Assembly: GCF_035594765.1 (NCBI RefSeq)
Contig: NW_026943824.1
Span: 7,706,317-7,770,316 of the forward strand
Reading direction: 5' to 3'
DNA from: Anolis carolinensis
Taxonomy: Eukaryota
DNA length: 64,000 bases
Shown here: in pieces, positions 16,201-27,053 of the stretch
Layout of the letters: each line of letters opens with the position of its first letter
Numbering within the stretch: position 1 is the first letter of the stretch
The notes under the pieces: model-generated
Told to the model about the DNA's origin: nothing
Seen by the model: the letters and a program-made list of their open reading frames with translations, nothing else
Database searches by the model: none
Translations under genes and position numbers: made by a program

Positions 16201-17767
16201 CTGACGTTTCGCCCACATCTATGGCAGGCATCCTCAGAGGTTGTGAGGTAATATAAATAAATACCTCACAACCTCTGAGGATGCCTGCCATAGATGTGGG
16301 CGAAACGTCAGGAGAGAATACTTCTGGAACATGGCCACACAGCCCGAAAGACATACAACAACCCTGTGATCCCGGCCATGAAAGCCTTCGACAACACAAA
16401 AAGTTCCTGCATACACACCACTGCTTTTTGAAATAATTGGTCCTTCATCACAGTTCTTTAAATCTATAGTAAAAGATGCAACTTTACTAGATCTCAGGTA
16501 CAAGCAGACTTTTATGGCTTCCTGGATTTTTTGCTTCCCTAGAGCAGTGATTCCCAAAGTGGGTGTTACTGCCCCCTGGTGGGTGCTGCAGCGATCCAGG
16601 GGGCGGTGATGACACCTATTATTATATGGGGCGGGGCCAGGGGAGGGGCGGGGCCTCTTCCCAAGTGCCGGAGACAGGGCTGAGCACCTGAGGCGCTTAT
16701 TAGGACAAGGGGGCGGAGCTAGAGGTGTGGGCGTGGCTTCTTCCCAAGAGCCCGAGACAGGGCTGAGAATCTATACCTCTCCTGAGGCGCTTGTTGGGAC
16801 ACAGAGGGCGGAGCTAGGGAAGGGGGCGGGGCCTCCTTCCAAGAGCCCGAGACAGGGCTGAGCCTCTATACCTAGGGAAGGGGGCGGGGCTAGAGGAGTG
16901 GGCACTTGGGAAGAGGCCCCGCCCACTCCTCTAGCCCCGCCCCCTGTGTCCTGGCAGGCGCCACAGGACAGGGATAGAAGCTCAGCCCTGCCTCAGAGCT
17001 CATAACTCCGCCCATCCCAGTCCTGGCCTCCCATTTGTGGCCACGCCCACTTCCCCACGCAGCCCTGCATCTTGGACTAGGGGAGAGGCTAAGCCCCGCC
17101 CCCTTGAGCAGGAGCCACACCCACCCCTCTAAGCCACACCCCCTTTTCCAGGGGCGCTGAGTAATATTTTTTTTTGGAAAGGGGGCGGCAGGCCAAATAA
17201 GTTTGGGAACCACTGCCCTAGATCTGCCTCTAATCCCTGTAAGTTTCTCTATAGCACATAACACAACCCTTGAATGCGTCACGTTGACATGTGTGACATG
17301 ACTTCTAGGAGTCATGAGAGTGGGCAGAGGAGGTGAAAGTCCTTGCAAAATTCAGCTTGTATGTCTCACGGTGACATGTGTGCATGACTTCTACGAAATC
17401 ATGACAGTTGACAGAGAAGGTAAAAGACCTTACAAAGCGAGTTGCCCTGGATTCCATAGTATTGAGCCGGGTAAAGTCAAGTGGGGTCAACTGCATTCAT
17501 TCTGCAGTGTAGGGATATCTGTGGGGGTTAGATTAGGCCCCTGTCTGTCCAATGGGGAGATATAATTGCATGCGCTTGCCTCTCTTTGCCCCTTTTCCAG
17601 ATCACGCCAGGCAGCTTTCCAAATCCTTGATGCGGAAGCCAACGCTGGACCGTTTGTTAGCGCACCGGGAGGCCGACATCCAGAATTTTGTCAGCTTCAT
17701 TTCCAGGGACTCCATCCAGAAGTCCCTCCAGAAGGTTATGGAGAAGCTGAAGCAAAGGAAAGGTTGA
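7285..17767 (+). CDS. ECI1: Enoyl-CoA delta isomerase 1, mitochondrial (7 exons, 308 aa)
   Basis: Exons 7285-7348, 10404-10523, 11227-11354, 12863-13009, 14491-14612, 15828-16006, 17601-17767, all GT-AG and in frame. Ala/Arg-rich targeting peptide, then PPVNSLSLEFL, FSAGLDITEM, AINGSSPAGGC, IGLNETQLGIVAPFW (catalytic Glu) and C-terminal LKQRKG. AATAAA at 18148-18153. Confidence 0.97.
7635..7837. mobile_element. hAT-type MITE
   Basis: Terminal inverted repeats CAGGGGTCCTCAAACT / AGTTTGGGGACCCCTG. Related ends occur at ~8800-8863 and 24347-25064. Confidence 0.75.
7840..8775. repeat. ~51-bp minisatellite in ECI1 intron 1
   Basis: Repeated ACCATAGRTAAGGAAAGGGACCCTCAAAGRCCATCTAGATGGTCTCATA. Confidence 0.9.
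9110..10325. repeat. ~52-bp minisatellite in ECI1 intron 1, interrupted at ~9780-10120
   Basis: Repeated GGCCATTCAGTGCAGTTAAAGGGCATTATATGGGTCTACACTGACCATATCA. Confidence 0.9.
10668..10990. mobile_element. Tc1/mariner (pogo-like) MITE, ~320 bp; family representative
   Basis: TIR CAGTAGAGTCTCAC..ATCCAA with TA target duplication. Further copies at ~2104-2285 (partial), 20543-20849, 27994-28316, 31538-31860, 33607-33929, 39645-39964, 42737-43422 (interrupted), 49627-50211 (interrupted), 50315-50637, 57382-57680 and 59386-59708. Confidence 0.9.
11672..12722 (-). mobile_element. R4/Dong/Rex6-clade non-LTR retrotransposon, 5'-truncated, with extra short 3'-end repeats
   Basis: Encodes the restriction-like endonuclease domain WDFRIQTDKVLEHNTPDITVVEKKKVW.IDVAIPGD...RYQDLKIEL; flanked by (TTA/TTG)n. 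Confidence 0.92.
13293..14335 (+). mobile_element. L1-clade LINE 3' fragment
   Basis: WEEIWSKK...ENWYKMFHMWYLTP..L...CWKCG C-terminal motif, an AATAAA and A-rich tail, and a ~19-bp TSD AAAATCAGCCAGCCATCCC on both sides. Confidence 0.88.
14865..15675 (+). mobile_element. RTE-clade LINE 3' fragment in ECI1 intron 5
   Basis: LENVDHFCYLGS...PTLLYACET...HQRCLRKI...QLRWTGQIVRMPDHRLPKQLLYSEL, with a terminal CPHC..HLRTH zinc finger; frameshifted. Confidence 0.92.
16146..16395. mobile_element. Penelope-like element remnant (inverted pseudo-LTR palindrome)
   Basis: ~110-bp inverted repeat with a 14-bp TSD ACAAAAAGTTCCTG; hammerhead motif on both strands. Confidence 0.88.
16272..16312 (+). ncRNA. Minimal type I hammerhead ribozyme motif (Penelope-associated)
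   Basis: CCT-CTGAGGA-TGCCTGCCATAGATGTGGGC-GAAAC-GTC-AGG: CUGANGA and GAAA cores, stem II, GUC cleavage triplet and palindromic ACGT stem III. Mirror copy at 16200-16240 on the minus strand. Confidence 0.8.
16545..17215. mobile_element. Non-autonomous hAT DNA transposon with GC-box-rich internal repeats
   Basis: TIRs CAGTGATTCCCAAA / TTTGGGAACCACTG; 8-bp TSD CCCTAGAG/CCCTAGAT. Confidence 0.85.
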
Positions 17768-18354
17768 CCGTGGCCAAGGGCTCTTCACTGGTAGCCACAC
17801 AGTCTTGGCCAGTTGCCCAAGTGCCTTTGGCTTCCCTTGCCCCTCCTTTTTGTGTGAGTTTTTGGGTGCATTATGGTTGGATTTTTGCAAACTGGGCCCA
17901 GTTTGAGGGGAAGGGATAGTCCAGGCCCAGTTACTTTGGCTGGGTCCAGTTCAATCCCATTCTCACTGCCTTGGACCCATCCATGGGATTTGTAGTGTGG
18001 GGAGATCCTTACCAACTTCTGGATTGAACCCTGCCAGGACTACAAATCCCAAGATCACCAAGGATGGAGCCATGAGAGCTAAAGTGGGGCCAAATTGCTA
18101 AAAGAGTGCAAGGAAGAACGTGGCCTTTGGTAAATGTGAATGGGCTTAATAAACTGTCAAAACAGAGGCTATGGCTTTGTGGGGTTTTTTCTTGGCTAGA
18201 GCTTCGTTTAAGAGAGGAATGATGATGATGATGATGATCAGAAACCCACCCTTTGAATAGTAGTAGTAGTAGTAGTAGTTATCATCACCATCAGAAACCT
18301 ACCCTTTGAATCATCATCATCATCACAAACCTACCTTTTGAACAATAATAGTAA

Positions 18355-18987
18355 TAAAAAAGGGTAATAAAATTTTGGGCTAGGACAAAACAACAAAACT
18401 ACACATCCCAGAAACACTAAACTTGGCAGCACAACCTCTCATCCATGCCTCTATGTTCATACAACAAAAATAAAATAAAAAATAAAGGCCTAATTAGAGG
18501 GAGAAGAATAATTGTTTTTATCCAATTGCTGCCACTTAGAAGGCTAAACTCTGCCCACTTGGTCTCCTAGCAACCCACTCAGTCCAGGGGACAGGCAGAG
18601 TTGGGCCTCACTTAGGCCTCTTCCACACTGCCTATAAAATACAGATTATCAGATTTTAACTGGATTACAGCATATGGCAGTGTAGACTCAAGGCCCTTCC
18701 ACACAGCTATATAACCCATTTATAATCTTATATTATCTGTTTTGAACTGGATTATCTGGACTCCACACTACCATATAATCCACTTCAGTGTGCATTTTAT
18801 ACAGCTATGTAGAAGGGGCCTCATATAACCCAGTTCTAAGCAGATAATATAAGATTATAAATATAATATGTAATAATTACTGTGATATAATAATACAGAA
18901 CAATATAATCTCTAAAATCAGGACAGTAAATAAAGAACAACACTCTGAAAGTATAAGCCACAGCAACGCATGGCCGGGCAAAGCTAG
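18355..18987 (+). mobile_element. Non-autonomous Helitron; family representative
   Basis: Ends in GC-rich GCAACGCATGGCCGGGCAAAG-CTAG followed by T. Full copies start TCTATATATA. Other copies at 1585-~2100 (+), 21703-22272 (-), 37793-38299 (-), 38300-38829 (-), 40683-41139 (+) and 45291-45762 (-). No TSDs. Confidence 0.82.
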
Positions 18988-19734
18988 TAATAGTAATAAT
19001 AGTTATAATCACTATTACAAATCTACCCTTCTAATAACAATAATAATAACAATCATCGCAAACCTACCCTTTGAATCATCACCATCATCATCGCAAACCT
19101 ACCCTTTGAATCATCATTACTGCAAACCTGCCCTTTGAATAACAATAATAATAATAATGCTCATCAGAAACCAACACTTTGAAGAATAGTAATTATCATC
19201 ATCACAAAATTACCTTTTGAACAATAATAGTGGTAATAGTAATCATTATCATCAGAAACCTATCCTTTCAATAATAATAGTAATCATCATCATCACAAAC
19301 TTACCTTTTGAATAATAATAGTAGTAGTAATAACCATCATCATCAGAAACATACACAGTTACCAAAGAACAACTCAGGCTGATTTTATTGGGGTTTCTTT
19401 CAATTACACTTTTATTGTACCAGCGTATAGAGTTGTGTACATTTATATAACATATAGCACATAATATATTTATTATATAAAAGTTTCACATAATCTTTAC
19501 TATATAAACAAGGTCTGGAATTGTTTCCCTTTATACTTCTCATGTCCTACAATTGATTGTCGTTCCCTCTCTAGCCTTTCCATGGGGTTCCTCACAAACA
19601 TCATTTTCAACGTCTAAATTAGAAACTTATCCATGACTCCAACTCAATCAACAAACAATGCAAATTATAAAAGTTATAGCTGTACCTACACTTGAACAGC
19701 AGCAGCACCCCACTTCCGAAGGGATTAAAGCTCT

Positions 19735-20455
19735 TGAGGTTTTTAAACGGAGGCTGGATGGTCATCTGTCGGGAGGGCTTTGACTGTGTCTCCCTTAATG
19801 GCAGAAGGGACTGGACTAGATGCTCTTTGGGGATCCTTTATCTTGGTAGAGTCCCCTTCTCTGGAGGTGTTTGAACTGAGGCTGGATGGTCATCTGTCGG
19901 GAGGGCTTTGACTGTCTTCTTTAATCGCAGAAGGGACTGGACTAGATGCTCTTTGGGGATCCTTTGCCTTGGAGTCCAGTAGAGTTTCCTTCTCTGGAGT
20001 TGTTTGAACTGAGGCTGGATGGTCATCTGCCAGGAGGGCTTTGACTGTGTCTCCCTTAATGGCAGAAGGGACTGGACTAGATGCTCTTTGGGGATCCTTT
20101 ATCTTGGTAGAGTCCCCTTCTCTGGAGGTGTTTGAACTGAGGCTGGATGGTCATCTGCTGGGAGGGCTTTGACTGTGTCTCCCTTAATGGCAGAAGGGAC
20201 TGGACTAGATGCTCTTTGGGGATCCTTTGCCTTGGAGTCCAGTAGAGTTTCCTTCTCTGGAGTTGTTTGAACTGAGGCTGGATGGTCATCTGCTGGGAGG
20301 GCTTTGACTGTGTCTCCCTTAATGGCAGAAGGGACTGGACTAGATGCTCTTTGGGGATCCTTTGTCTTGGAGTCCAGTAGAGTTTCCTTCTCTGGAGTTG
20401 TTTGAACTAAGGCTGGATGGTCATCTGCCAGGAGGGCTTTGACTGTGTCCTTCCT
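19735..20455. repeat. ~130-bp tandem repeat derived from a CR1-like 3' end
   Basis: About 6 copies of GAGGCTGGATGGTCATCTG..GGAGGGCTTTGACTGTG...GGACTGGACTAGATG. Confidence 0.85.
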
Positions 20456-20476
20456 GCCATGCGATACTCCTTAAGG

Positions 20477-21220
20477 CAGTGGTGCTTAATGCAGTTCCTC
20501 ATGTTGTGCTGACCCCCAACCATAACATTATTTTCGTTGCTACAATAGAGTCTCGCTTATCCAACGTTCTGGATTATCCAACACATTTTTGTAGTCAATG
20601 TTTTCAATATATCATGATATTTTGGTGCAAAATTCGTAAATACAGTAATTACTACGTAGCATTACTGCATATTGAACTACTTTTTCTGCCAATTTGTTGT
20701 ATAACATGATGTTTTGGTGCTTAATTTGTAAAATCATAACTTAATTTGATGTTTAATAAGCTTCTCCTTAATCTCTCCTTATTATCCAACATATTCGCTT
20801 ATCCAACGTTCTGCCGGCCCATTTATGTTGGATAAGTGAAACCCTACTGTACTTCATAACTGTCATTTTGCTACTGTTATGAATCGTAATGTAAATATCT
20901 GACATGCAGAATATATTTTCATTCACTGGTCCAAATTTGAATACTGGTGGGGTTGGGCGGGTTGATTTGGGAGTTGTAGTTGCTGGGATTTATAGTTTAC
21001 CTACAATCAAAGAGCATTCTGAACTCCACCAGCGATGGAATTGAACCAAACTTGTCACATGGAACTCCTATAACCAACAGCAAATACTGGAAGGGTTTGG
21101 TGGGCATTGACCTTGAGTGTGGGAGTTGTAGTTCACCTACATCCAGAGAGCACTGTGGACTCAAACAATGATGAGTCTGGACCAAACTTGGTACAAATAC
21201 CCCCAGGTTGAGAAACGCGG
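20477..21220. mobile_element. hAT element with a nested mariner MITE
   Basis: 8-bp TSD CCTTAAGG at 20469-20476 and 21221-21228; ends CAGTGG / GGTTGAGAAAC; mariner MITE inside at 20543-20849. Confidence 0.75.
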
Positions 21221-21355
21221 CCTTAAGGGAATATATTAGACCTCGAGGGGATAGCTAGGCACAGCATGAATGTAGCTTCATATATCTGTAAATTGCATAT
21301 GGAGGACGGAAGGCAAGCATGGCATCAGGGCAGCGGATGGGAAGCCAATGGCACC

Positions 21356-21621
21356 TCATTGAGACTTGAGAGTGACCTCCACCGGGAAATGGTCACTCAC
21401 GGCCAGAGCCTGCAAAGGGAAAGGAAGAAAGAGCATCACATGCCTTCACAAAAGGCACCTCCGACCCCACCAACCCTTCCTTACAAAGATATAGTGGGGT
21501 TTCCCTATCCACAACTCCGTATCCACGAATTCAAAATATCCATGCATTAAAATACTGGGGAATAATTATTTTATTCAACGACATCCAGCTGGATATTGTG
21601 TGTGTGCAATGTGGGAAGAGC

Positions 21622-21673
<52 letters not shown>

Positions 21674-23279
21674 GTTAAATAACAAAATATTATTATATTA
21701 TACTAGCTGTGCCCGGCCACGCGTTGCTGTGGCGAAGTCTGGTGGTATGGGAAAAAAAGTATTGAGGAATTGGTGGTAGTTAAGGTAAAGAGTAAAGGTT
21801 TTCCCCTGACATTAAGTCCAGTTGTGTCCAACTGCACACTGAAGTGGATTATATGGCAGTGTGGAGTCAAGATAATCCAGTTCAAAGCAGATAATATAAG
21901 ATTATAAATGGGTTATATAACTGTGGAAGGGCCTTGAGTCTACACTGCCATATAATCCAGTTAAAATCAGATAATCTGTATTTTATAGGCAGTGGGGAAG
22001 AGGTCTAAGTGAGGCCTAACTCTGCCTGTCCCCTGGGCTGCGTGGGTTGCTAGGAGACCAAGTGGGCGGAGCTTAGCCTTTTAACTGGCAGCAAATGGAT
22101 AAAAACAATTATTCCTCTCCCTCTAATTAGGATTTTATTTTTATTTTATTTTTGTTGTATGAACGTAGAGGCATGGATGAGGGGTTGAGCTGCCAAGTTT
22201 AGTGTTTCTGGGATGTGTAGTTTTGTTGTTTTGTCCTAGGCCGAAATTTCATTACCCTTTTATATATATAGATTATAGTAAATAACAAACAGTCAAAGAA
22301 GAAGAACATGTCCTGGCAGAATATGTAAAGCAAAGTGAAGAACCTGCTTTGATTGAAGTCAAAAATCAGAAACTCCTCAAAGCACAGCAGACAAAAAACC
22401 AGTACAAGAAAAACGCACTACAAACTAGAGCTGACAGCTGGCACAACAAAACATTGCATGGAAAGTTCCTTGACAAAATTGAAGGAAAAGCTGATAAGGA
22501 GAAGACCTGGCTCTGGCTCACGAATGGGACCCTGAAGAAGGAGACAGAAGGCCTGATCCTTGCAGCCCAGGAGCAAGACATCAGAACAAAGGCAATTCAG
22601 GCCAAGATTGAAAAATCAGTTGAAAACCCAAAATGCAGACTGTGCAAGGAAACTGACGAAACCATTGATCATATCCTCAGCTGCTGTAAGAAAATCGCAC
22701 AGACAGACTACAAACAGAGGCACAACTATGTGGCCCAAATGATTCATTGGAACTTATGCCTCAATTACCACCTCCCAGCAGGAAAGAATTGGTGGGATCA
22801 CAAACCTGCAAAAGTATTGGAAAATGAGCACGCAAAGCTACTGTGGGACTTCCGAATCCAGACTGAGAAAGTTCTGGAACACAACACACCAGACATCACA
22901 GTTGTGGAAAAGAAAAAGGTTTGTCTCATTGATGTCGCCATCCCAGGTGACAGTCGCATTGACGAAAAACAAGAGGAAAAACTCAGCCGCTATCAGGACC
23001 TCAAGATTGAACTTCAAAGACTATGGCAGAAACAAGTGCAGGTGGTCCCGGTGGTGATGGGCACACTGGGTGCCGTGCCAAAAGATCTCAGCTGGCATTT
23101 GGAAACAATAGACATTGACAAAATTACGATTTGCCAACTGCAAAAGGCCACCCGACTGGGATCTGCACGCATCATCTGAAAATACATCACACAGTCCTAG
23201 ACACTTGGGAAGTGTTCGACTTGTGATTTTGTGGTACAAAATCCAGCATGTCTATCTTGTTTACTGTGTTATACAATAA

Positions 23280-23322
<43 letters not shown>

Positions 23323-23743
23323 TATTTTTTCTATCCCGCCACCACCTCCCCGAAGGGACTCGGGGCGGCTAACATGGGGGCACAGCCCAAACAGAAACAA
23401 CTATAAACAACTTAAAACACATGGCAAAAATTAAGAACAAAGGAAAAGGGCTTACCTTTTCCTGGCTCAGTTTGAACTCTTCCTGGAAGTCGAACACTTT
23501 GGCCGAGTTGGGCTTGACCCACTTCTTCATCTGGGCCCCACTCACCACGATCCTAGAACCACAAAAAGAGACAGGTCAGGCCTTTCCTAGGAAACGCTGG
23601 GCCCGTTTCAAAGGCAAATTACAAATCTCAAAGGCCGAGAAGTAGGTTCAGAAACTGGCTCTTTGGATAGCATCCTATCTTGATCTCGTCTGTAGTTTCT
23701 GATTGGAATATAGATACTAGAGATTTTTGGAGCACCCAGACTC

Positions 23744-23777
<34 letters not shown>

Positions 23778-25913
23778 GGTTTATTTATACCCTGCCTCCA
23801 TCTCCCCTGAAGGGGACTCGGGGCGGCTCAAAGATAGTATCAGATAAAACAGTGACAATAAACGATACATCAGTAAACAAAAACATACTCCAATTATAAA
23901 ATTTTAAACATAACCCTATGAAAATAAAAACACACTTAATAAAACACGGAATTAAAAAGAGCGAAGTTGAGTAATAGACTAGTGCACTTTGTTAAAGTTG
24001 TAAACTCAAGATAACAGATAAAGTGCTACAAATTCATTGGAGGTCAGTTTGGGATGGGAAGGACCCTAAGTTAATATCAAGTTAACCAGGAGAAGTGCGA
24101 CCCAAGGCAGCATTGTGTACAATTGCGAAGGAATACAAATCAAATCAAATAATACGTGCTGGATGTACGCACAATGTCAAAGGACAGATCTTCAAGGCTA
24201 AAACTGACACTTTTCCTGGTGGCGTGGTCTCAATGTGACCTTGCCACAGGTTCTATCAGCATGAAAAGCAGCCAGTTGGTGGTTTTCTAAATGCAAAAAC
24301 AGATTCCCATCCAATAGGACTCACCAGGTAGTCATACCCTCCAACACAGAGGTCCTCAAACTTTTAAAGCAAAGGGCCGGTCCACAATCATTCAGACTGT
24401 TGAGGGGCCAAATTATCATTTGAAAAAAAATACGAACAAATTCCTATGCACACTGCATATGTCTTATTTGTTGTGCAATACAACAATAACAAAGAACAAT
24501 ACAATATTTAAAAATAAAAACAATTTTAACCAACATAAACCTATCAGGATTTCAATGGAAAGTGTGGGCCTGCTACTGGCCAAAGAGATAGTCAAGTTAA
24601 TTATGATTGTTGTTGTTGATGTTGTTGTTGTGTGCCTTCAAGTCATTTCAGACTTTGGGAGAGCCTAAGTCTAAAATTAATTATTTATTTACTACCTTTA
24701 TTTACTACATTTATATCCCACCCTTCTCACCCCGAAGGGGACTCAGAGCTGCTGTATGTACATACAATATATTATATTATTAACAGAGCACAATATTAGC
24801 ATTATATATTACTATATTGAACTATACAACTATACTGTAATATTATATGTAATATGGAACATATAATTAATATTATTATATTGTATTATTATTAGTATTA
24901 TATTGTATAACATTATAATATTTTATCAATATTATATGTATATACAATATATTATATTATTAAAACTGATATAAGAATATTATATTATAAAACTGAGGGC
25001 GGGGGCCAGGTAAATAACCTTGGAGGGCCGCATCCGGCCCCCGGGCCTTAGTTTGGGGACCCCTGCTCCAACATCTCCATTTGGATTAAGCCTCTGCCTT
25101 CCCATGTATCTAATGCCTTTTAAAATGTCCCGGTTCCTCTGCTCTCCTCCCGCTTTGTGCTCAGATCACTTCCATTGCTGCAAGTCAAGAGCAAATGGGG
25201 ATAGCATACCGGTCGTAGGCGCAGTCGGAGTGCCCCACGGTGGTGTCCTCCTCGTCGGGGATGAGCCACTTGAAGACCTCGCTGGTCCGGAGGCGGATGG
25301 AGGCCCAGTCCTTCTTGCCCACGTAGCTGCAGTCCGCATTGAAGTCCCCCAGAAACATCATGTTCTGTCAAGAGGAGAAGGGTCGGGACCGGGTTCTCAT
25401 TGGTGGGGCAATGTCCTCATTTCACCACCTTACTGTTGCATGCCTTAGAGCCATTTCCGACTCACGACAGCACTAAAGCAAACCTCACAATGGGATTTCG
25501 TTGGATAGATTATTTCAGGGAGAGGCCTGCCTTTAGACTCCTTCTGAGGCTGAGAGAGTGCAACCCTCCCAATGAGTTTCCATGACCAAGCAGGGGTTCG
25601 AACCCGGATCTCCAGGGTCGAAAATCTATGCCATGCTGGTTCTGTAAACCCCTTGGGAACTACTATTTTCCCCAGAATACTGATTATTATTCTTAACTAA
25701 TAATAATCATAAACATAATCATAATTAGCCTTTCTTCCCATAGAGTTTCAAGCTGGCTTACAATTATTAGTAGTACTATTACTATTATTAACTTTATATT
25801 CAGTTCTTTCCTGCCTTTCTCCCCCAATGGTGACTCAAACTGCCTTACAATTATTATTATTATAATTGACACAAAGACATAGTATGACACAGCAAATGAG
25901 ATATATATGCTGG

Positions 25914-25966
<53 letters not shown>

Positions 25967-26008
25967 TTATTTCTACCCTATCTTTCTCTCAATAGGATCT
26001 CAAGGTGG

Positions 26009-26039
<31 letters not shown>

Positions 26040-26198
26040 TTATTATTATTATTATTATTAACTTTATTTCTAACTTTCTCCCCAAATGGGGACTCAAGCC
26101 AACTTACAATAACATTATTATTGTTGTTGTTTTTGTTGTTATTGATTTTATTTCTAGCTCTCCTTTGACTCCCTGTGGGGACTCAAGTCAGCTTACAG

Positions 26199-26236
<38 letters not shown>

Positions 26237-26290
26237 ATCTTGCTTTCTCTCCTGCCCTTCTCCCCCAATGGGGATTTAAGGAGGCTAACA

Positions 26291-26344
<54 letters not shown>

Positions 26345-26388
26345 TTTATTTTTACCCTATGCTTCTCTCAATAGGATCTCAAGGCGGC

Positions 26389-26444
<56 letters not shown>

Positions 26445-26623
26445 TTATTATGACACAGCAAACAAGATAGATATGCTGGATTTCATATCACAAAATCACA
26501 AGTCGAACACTTTCCAAGTGTCTAGGACTGTGTGATGTATTTTCGGATGATGCGCGCAGATCCCAGCAGGGTGGCCTTTTGCAGTTGGCAGATCGTAATT
26601 TTGTCAATGTCTATTGTTTCCAA

Positions 26624-26666
<43 letters not shown>

Positions 26667-26800
26667 TCTCCCTTTCTCCCCAAATGGGAACTCTAACTGA
26701 CTTACAATAACATTATTATTGTTGTTGTTATTGTTATTATTGACTTTATTTCCAGTTCGCCTTTGAACCCCAATGGTGATACAAGTCAGGTTACAATTGC

Positions 26801-26831
<31 letters not shown>

Positions 26832-26929
26832 ATCTTGCTTTCTCTTCTGCCTTTCTCCCCCCCTGGGAACTGAAGGAGGCTAACAATTATTGTTATTATT
26901 TGAGACTCAACAAGATGAGTCATTATTAC

Positions 26930-26968
<39 letters not shown>

Positions 26969-27014
26969 TATATTTACTCTATGTTTCTCTCAATAGGATC
27001 TCAAGGCAGCTAAC

Positions 27015-27053
<39 letters not shown>

